A stretch of DNA of 64,000 bases. Origin: Candidatus Altiarchaeales archaeon. Its GTDB lineage: Archaea > Altiarchaeota > Altiarchaeia > IMC4 > SCGC-AAA252-I15. A model generated the notes under the pieces. The model had not been told where the DNA came from and made no database searches. It saw only the letters and a list, made by a program, of their open reading frames with translations. Below are positions 58,875 to 64,000 of this stretch, piece by piece. Numbering within the stretch: position 1 is the stretch's first letter; the number at the start of each line of letters is the position of its first letter. The translations under genes and the position numbers were made by a program. The stretch covers positions 416,001 through 480,000 of the forward strand of contig WJMO01000005.1 in NCBI GenBank assembly GCA_014727915.1, written 5' to 3'.

Positions 58875-59243
58875 ATGGCATTCATACGAAGGGATGCGCT
58901 GGAGTTCATGCTCGGAGTCTCAAGGGAAGCGCATCCCAGGGAGTTCATAGGATTGCTCAGGGGTGATGAAAACACTGTGAGGGAGGTCATGGTCATACCT
59001 GCCAGCCTGTACGGGGAAGGGTTCTCCCACTTCAACTGGATGCACGTGGGCATGGACAAGAGCATAATCGGCAGCGTTCACAGCCACCCTTCCACCAACA
59101 ACAGACCGTCCAAGACCGACGTCAGGAACTTCTCGAAGACTGGGGACATACATCTGATAATAAAGTATCCCTATGAGACGGCCGCGGACGTCGCATGCTA
59201 TGACAGCAGAGGAAACAGGCAGGACATCATAGCATTGGAATGA
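58875..59243 (+). CDS. JAMM/MPN+ metalloprotease
   Basis: PREF..LL.G; IIGSVHSHPS....PS..D. Confidence 0.9.
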   Translation: MAFIRRDALEFMLGVSREAHPREFIGLLRGDENTVREVMVIPASLYGEGFSHFNWMHVGMDKSIIGSVHSHPSTNNRPSKTDVRNFSKTGDIHLIIKYPYETAADVACYDSRGNRQDIIALE

Positions 59244-59270
59244 ACATAAATGTGCAGGAAATTCGAAACC

Positions 59271-59286
59271 GACAAGCTTTTATATG
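59271..59286 (+). promoter_or_regulatory. BRE/TATA promoter upstream of ncRNA copy B
   Basis: GACAAGCTTTTATATG; the TATA ends about 24 nt before the 5' stem at 59310. Confidence 0.65.
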
Positions 59287-59309
59287 GGTGTTCGTATACG
59301 CTATCAAGG

Positions 59310-59513
59310 GTGTAGGGAAATCAAGTAATTCGCCCAATAGGCATCCCATTGATAACCGGATAGGGGGTTGTCGGTTCAACTTCGGTTGAACTCTCTCAGG
59401 AGTGATGCGGTGTCTGCAATCCGTCAAGCTTACGCAAGATGGTGGTTGGGGAATACTTCCGAAAAGGGAAGTGGGCGTAAAAAACCCTGCTTGACCCTAT
59501 AGCACCTGCTTCT
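59310..59513 (+). ncRNA. Candidate structured ncRNA, copy B (homolog of 11326-11530)
   Basis: End-to-end alignment with copy A; cUUCGg hairpin; covarying stems; T-run at about 59523. Confidence 0.8.
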
Positions 59514-59640
59514 TCTGCGACCTTTTTCCATACGGTCCCAGGATACCGTCAATTCCGCCTAATCGCCTTGAAAAATAGACTCTCTCGACCTTCCATTATA
59601 TAAACCCTGACACGAATAACTAGATACACGAGGGTGGAAG

Positions 59641-60057
59641 ATGGCTGAAGAAATCATAAAAATCGGGGAATTGACGCCGAAGGCCAAGCGAGTCAACGTT
59701 GTGTTCAAGGCGGTCAGCAAAGAGGATGTGAAGAAGGTAAGGTCAAAGAAGGATCATACGCCCCATGTGGTGACAGAGGCGACTGTGGGCGACGAGACGG
59801 GCACCGTTCTACTGACATTATGGGATGAGAACGTCGAGCAGCTGGAGACGGGCAAGACGTACAAGCTCGAGAACGGATATGTGACACTCTTCAAGGGCAC
59901 CATCCGGCTTAACATCGGAAAATACGGAGAGCTTTCGGAGGCGGAGGACCTTGACGTGGAAGTCGACATGGAAAACAACATGTCAGAGAAGGTGTTCGAG
60001 GAGTACCAGAGGAACAGGAGATACGAGGGATTCGGCTCCGGGAGCTTCTGGCCTTAA
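59641..60057 (+). CDS. Single OB-fold single-stranded DNA-binding protein
   Basis: KI.EL.P....VN, VGDETG.V.LTLWD, NGYV..FKG..RLNIGKYG. Confidence 0.88.
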   Translation: MAEEIIKIGELTPKAKRVNVVFKAVSKEDVKKVRSKKDHTPHVVTEATVGDETGTVLLTLWDENVEQLETGKTYKLENGYVTLFKGTIRLNIGKYGELSEAEDLDVEVDMENNMSEKVFEEYQRNRRYEGFGSGSFWP

Positions 60058-60084
60058 CGATAAACTAGAGGGGGTTAGACTAAG

Positions 60085-62505
60085 ATGACCGACCGCAGCG
60101 AAGAGCTCATATTATGGTTTGACGAATTAGGGATAGAGGACGTGCCGCTCGTGGGTGGAAAGAACGCGTCGCTTGGCGAGATGCACAGGAACCTGACGGG
60201 CAGGGGAGTGAACGTCCCAAACGGCTTTGCTATAACTGCGGCAGCCTACAGACTGCTTCTCAAAGACGCCGGGATAGAGGAGAGCATAAGGGACATACTC
60301 TCGGACCTTGACACCTCTGACATGGAGAACCTTGCGGACCGAGGCCACCGTGTCAGGGACCTGATAAGGAACAGCGAGTTCCCCCCCGCATTGAAGGATG
60401 CCGTTGTGGGGGCTTACAACAAGCTTTCCGAGCAGTATGGAGACCACTGTGACGTGGCTGTTAGGTCGAGTGCGACCGCCGAGGACCTGCCTGACGCCTC
60501 CTTCGCGGGGCAGCAGGAGACCTACCTGAACATCCGCGGGGAGTCCCAGCTGATAGAAGCGTGCAAGAAATGCTTCGCCAGCCTCTTCACGAACCGTGCA
60601 ATATCATACCGTGTGGACAAGGAATTCGACCACTTCAACGTGTACCTCTCCATCGGAGTCCAGAAGATGGTGCGGTCCGACAAGGCATCGTCGGGTGTCA
60701 TGTTCTCCATAGACACGGAGTCAGGGTTCAGGGAAGTCGTATTCATAACCGGCGCCTACGGCCTGGGAGAGAACGTCGTCCAGGGTGCGGTGACACCGGA
60801 CGAATACTATGTCTTCAAGCCCACGCTGAAGGAGGGCAAGAGGCCGATAATCAGCAAGAAGGTGGGGGCGAAGAAGATAAAGATGGTGTACAGCACCGAC
60901 GGGAACAAGCTCACCAAGAACGTTGACGTGCCGGAGAACGAACGGCGCAAGTTCGTGATATCAGACGATGAGATACTCAAGCTGGCAGAGTGGGCGTGCA
61001 TAATCGAAGACCACTACAGCGAGAAGGCCGGCCATTTCAAGCCCATGGACATGGAATGGGCGAAGGACGGGGAGAGCGGTGACCTGTTCATCGTCCAGGC
61101 CAGGCCCGAGACCGTCCAGTCCCAGAAGGAAGCCAACAAGCTAGAACAGTACATCCTTGACGAGAACGGTGATGTTATCGTGAAAGGGGACTCTGTGGGG
61201 GACAGGATAGGCGCCGGGAAGGTTCACGTGATAAAGGACGTCCATGACATCTCCAAGTTCGAGGAAGGAGAGGTCCTGGTGACGGACATGACAGACCCCG
61301 ACTGGGAGCCCATCATGAAGATCGCCGCCGCCATAGTCACCAACCGCGGCGGCAGGACCTGCCACGCGGCCATAGTATCCCGGGAGCTGGGGATACCCTG
61401 CGTCATAGGCACCGAGAACGGGACCGAAAACCTCGGGTCCGGGGATGACGTGACAGTATCCTGCGCGGAGGGCGAGGAGGGATATGTGTACCGCGGGCAG
61501 CTCAAGTTCCACATTGACTCGGTGAACATCGACGAGATACCCAAGACCAAGACGATGATAATGATGAACGTCGGCATACCCGAGCGCGCATTCGAGCAGT
61601 CGTTCATACCCAATGACGGCGTCGGCCTCGCAAGGGAGGAGTTCATCATAAACAGCTACATAAGCATACACCCGAAGGCTTTGATAAACTATGACAGCCT
61701 GGAGGACTCCGAGGTGAAGGCGAAGATAGACGACCTCACATTCGGCTACGAGGACAAGAAGCAGTTCTTCGTGGACAAGCTGGCCATGGGCATAGCGCAC
61801 ATCGCCGCTGCTTTCTACCCCAAGGATGTCATACTCCGGTTCAGCGACTTCAAGAGCAACGAGTATGCGAACCTCGTCGGGGGCGAGGCGTTCGAGCCCG
61901 AGGAGCACAATCCCATGATAGGGTGGAGGGGCGCCAGCAGATACTATGACGAGAAGTACAGGGACGCGTTCGCCCTCGAGTGCCAGGCGATAAAGAAGGT
62001 CCGGGACGAGATGGGGTTGGCCAACCTGAAGGTAATGGTGCCCTTCTGCCGGACAGTCGACGAGGGCAAGGCAGTCATCGAGGAGATGAGGGATAACGGT
62101 CTCGTGCAGGGTGAGAACGGGCTGCAGGTTTATGTGATGTGCGAGATACCGTCTAATGTCATATTGGCCGACCAGTTCAGCGAGATATTCGACGGGTTCA
62201 GCATCGGCAGCAACGACCTCACCCAGCTGACATTGGGGTTGGACCGTGACAGCGACATAGTCGCCCACCTCTTCGACGAGCGGAACGACGCCGTCAAGCG
62301 CATGGTGTCCCAGGTGATAAAGACGGCCAACGAGAAGGGTCGGAAGATCGGCATATGCGGGCAGGCCCCGTCGGACTATCCGGAGTTCGCGGAGTTCCTG
62401 GTCGAGTGCGGCATAAACAGCATAAGCTTGAACCCTGATACTGTGATCAAGACCAGATTGAAGATCGCGGAGAAGGAGAAGCAGCTGGGCGTAAGTCCAC
62501 AATAG
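60085..62505 (+). CDS. ppsA: Phosphoenolpyruvate synthase
   Basis: VGGKNASLGEM, AVRSSATAED, GGRTCHAAIVSRE, SDFKSNEY, ICGQAPSD. Confidence 0.97.
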   Translation: MTDRSEELILWFDELGIEDVPLVGGKNASLGEMHRNLTGRGVNVPNGFAITAAAYRLLLKDAGIEESIRDILSDLDTSDMENLADRGHRVRDLIRNSEFPPALKDAVVGAYNKLSEQYGDHCDVAVRSSATAEDLPDASFAGQQETYLNIRGESQLIEACKKCFASLFTNRAISYRVDKEFDHFNVYLSIGVQKMVRSDKASSGVMFSIDTESGFREVVFITGAYGLGENVVQGAVTPDEYYVFKPTLKEGKRPIISKKVGAKKIKMVYSTDGNKLTKNVDVPENERRKFVISDDEILKLAEWACIIEDHYSEKAGHFKPMDMEWAKDGESGDLFIVQARPETVQSQKEANKLEQYILDENGDVIVKGDSVGDRIGAGKVHVIKDVHDISKFEEGEVLVTDMTDPDWEPIMKIAAAIVTNRGGRTCHAAIVSRELGIPCVIGTENGTENLGSGDDVTVSCAEGEEGYVYRGQLKFHIDSVNIDEIPKTKTMIMMNVGIPERAFEQSFIPNDGVGLAREEFIINSYISIHPKALINYDSLEDSEVKAKIDDLTFGYEDKKQFFVDKLAMGIAHIAAAFYPKDVILRFSDFKSNEYANLVGGEAFEPEEHNPMIGWRGASRYYDEKYRDAFALECQAIKKVRDEMGLANLKVMVPFCRTVDEGKAVIEEMRDNGLVQGENGLQVYVMCEIPSNVILADQFSEIFDGFSIGSNDLTQLTLGLDRDSDIVAHLFDERNDAVKRMVSQVIKTANEKGRKIGICGQAPSDYPEFAEFLVECGINSISLNPDTVIKTRLKIAEKEKQLGVSPQ

Positions 62506-62554
62506 ATATCTTAAATTATCTGTATTTTTTTATGGATAATTTAGAATATTCTCT

Positions 62555-63178
62555 CTATTTTTTGTATTCTCCCCTGTCGACTTCCTCTTTGGCCTTGACG
62601 AGGCGGTTCAAAACATGCACCGGATCCTGGTCCATGAGATGTTCGACAGTGACTCGTATGAACCTTGTCTCCTCATGGTACTCGTCCATTTCCCGGGGAG
62701 GCTCTATCCTGAGCCAGGTCTCACGTGTCTCGTCAACCAGCCCCAAAAGCTCGTTCTTCTTCTCCTTAATGTCCTCGTACTTGTCCATGAAACCCTGCTT
62801 GAAAGCGAACAAGACCTTCGGCCGGTCCTCGTTGGACCTGAAGCTGGGTATGTACTTGAGGTTGGACAGCTCGCACGCCGCTATCTCCTGCGTGTAAACG
62901 TTGCCCTCCTCTAAAGTGGTGTGAGGGTCGTCGGGGACGTCCAGGAAGCTCTCCTTGTCCACCCGTGTGAGTATCTTGTCAACGGGGTTGAAGATGTAGT
63001 TGGTCTGGTAGCCGTCCTTGCTGCCGAAGACATATGCGAAGGCCATATGCATCCCAAGCTGGTAGGCGATGGTTATCTTATGCTCTTCCAGAACCTCGGG
63101 GCGCCTGTATGTGAGCTCGTTCAACGTGCTCCCAGGCACCCGGTCCATCACCACAAAAGCCCTATCGTCCAACATCAT
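62555..63178 (-). CDS. C-terminal half of a PI3/4-kinase/HipA-like protein
   Basis: VMDRVPG hinge, GSKDGYQTNY catalytic-loop-like motif, RVDKESF. Confidence 0.55.
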   Translation of the reverse strand: MMLDDRAFVVMDRVPGSTLNELTYRRPEVLEEHKITIAYQLGMHMAFAYVFGSKDGYQTNYIFNPVDKILTRVDKESFLDVPDDPHTTLEEGNVYTQEIAACELSNLKYIPSFRSNEDRPKVLFAFKQGFMDKYEDIKEKKNELLGLVDETRETWLRIEPPREMDEYHEETRFIRVTVEHLMDQDPVHVLNRLVKAKEEVDRGEYKK

Positions 63179-63810
63179 GCGCTCATCTGTAGATTAGCCT
63201 TCTCAGGCACGAACTTCAAGCTCAGCCGGTCATAGAACCTGCTGGCCATGACCTCATTGTATACCCCCCTGCTTCCCTTCAGCGTCTGCCTGGAAACTAG
63301 CCTCTCTGATTCCGTTCTCGTCTCTCCCTCGGCCTGCTCATCGCCGGCTTCAACGCCGAACAGGACCCGCACCTGTGGGAGATGCTGTCCTGTGTCCCGG
63401 TCCACGATCTCCAGTGTGAAGTCCCTGTTGTCGGTCCTGTGACCTCGCTTCACGGCCTTAATCTCGAGGTTCTTGCCCTCCCGTAGGAGGGAGGTTATCA
63501 GCTTTATTCCGTCGATGGTGTGGTCCACATTCATCCAGTCCCGGACCTGCTTCCTCACCCCCTGGGCCATCGCGACATCCACCTTTGTGCCCTGCGATGA
63601 TTGCTGCCTGAGGGCTTCACCACCCTCCTTGCCAGATCCCAGGTAGACCACGTCAGGGAAGGTCTTCTCGTCGATCCTGTCGTTGGCGTCCTCTATGCTC
63701 CGCTCCACGCGACGGCTCTCGGAGGTCACATCCTCCCTGAACTTCGCATTCAGCTCGTCCGACTCCAGGAGGCTCCTGAACTCGTCCAAGGTCATGACAG
63801 GAGACGGCAT
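63175..63810 (-). CDS. Hypothetical protein, probable N-terminal half of the same kinase-like protein
   Basis: Ends with RGVYNEVMASRFYDRLSLKFVP (HipA/PI4K-like alphaC region); stop overlaps the next ATG. Confidence 0.5.
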   Translation of the reverse strand: MPSPVMTLDEFRSLLESDELNAKFREDVTSESRRVERSIEDANDRIDEKTFPDVVYLGSGKEGGEALRQQSSQGTKVDVAMAQGVRKQVRDWMNVDHTIDGIKLITSLLREGKNLEIKAVKRGHRTDNRDFTLEIVDRDTGQHLPQVRVLFGVEAGDEQAEGETRTESERLVSRQTLKGSRGVYNEVMASRFYDRLSLKFVPEKANLQMSA

Positions 63811-64000
63811 ATCACATCAATATTAGATAAGGGAATCAATACCTAAATAACTGGGGTAGGTGATGGTGACAGCTGCCGAGTTCATGAACCCCTCCAAGCA
63901 TACGAGCCAGGACCGTGAGAGCATCTGGCCCAGGGAGCCCGAATTGTAGCCTCGGCACTCTAGCTTTTAATCTCTAATGCATAATTAGTAACCCGTTTAG

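Noticed and set aside
59227-59427. 66-aa minus-strand ORF over the RNA element
   Set aside because: The indels between the two copies are not multiples of three, so no reading frame is conserved
59310-59513. The element as RNase P RNA, SRP RNA or a glycine riboswitch (CTCTCAGG)
   Set aside because: It lacks GAGGAAAGUCC/AACAGAA, the SRP helix 8 motif and the GGAGA/CCGAAG elements; only one short word matches. A formal Rfam search is still needed
59310-59513. The element as a MITE or IS end
   Set aside because: No clean terminal inverted repeats or target-site duplication were seen, no transposase is present, and substitutions include G-U pairs typical of RNA-level selection
61141-62502. Long antisense ORFs (also 7509-8564, 35438-36856, 16249-16992, 162-821 and similar)
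   Set aside because: Shadow frames of real genes on the opposite strand, as expected with high GC3

Overview
Gene-dense, GC-rich archaeal chromosomal window. Archaeal markers include archaellins, TATA-box promoters, type-2 IDI, the AcnX/UbiD archaeal mevalonate route, DUF357/DUF211 and a JAMM protein. The many Thr-linker, Cys-rich surface proteins suggest an Altiarchaeota-like lineage (inference only). Contents: a surface-protein cluster (1-14 kb), an acetyltransferase/deacetylase operon, a dispersed isoprenoid-lipid gene set (19-36 kb), tRNA-Lys(UUU), a GT-C glycosylation cluster, a 1587-aa surface protein and housekeeping genes (proB, prs, pcm, uppP, thrC, ppsA). No CRISPR, integrase or transposase was seen. 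The top observation is two diverged copies of a ~205-nt intergenic element about 48 kb apart (11326-11530 minus, 59310-59513 plus). They show compensatory base changes in several helices, a conserved loop-loop complementarity and a conserved upstream TATA motif, which points to a candidate structured ncRNA I cannot assign to a known family. Also notable: a Thermoplasma-type mevalonate 3-kinase-like gene beside mvk, a PIN-like cytoplasmic tail on the giant surface protein, a split kinase-like gene and a 25-aa highly basic ORF below the 60-aa cutoff of the ORF track. All family calls come from motif recognition by eye, not from database searches.
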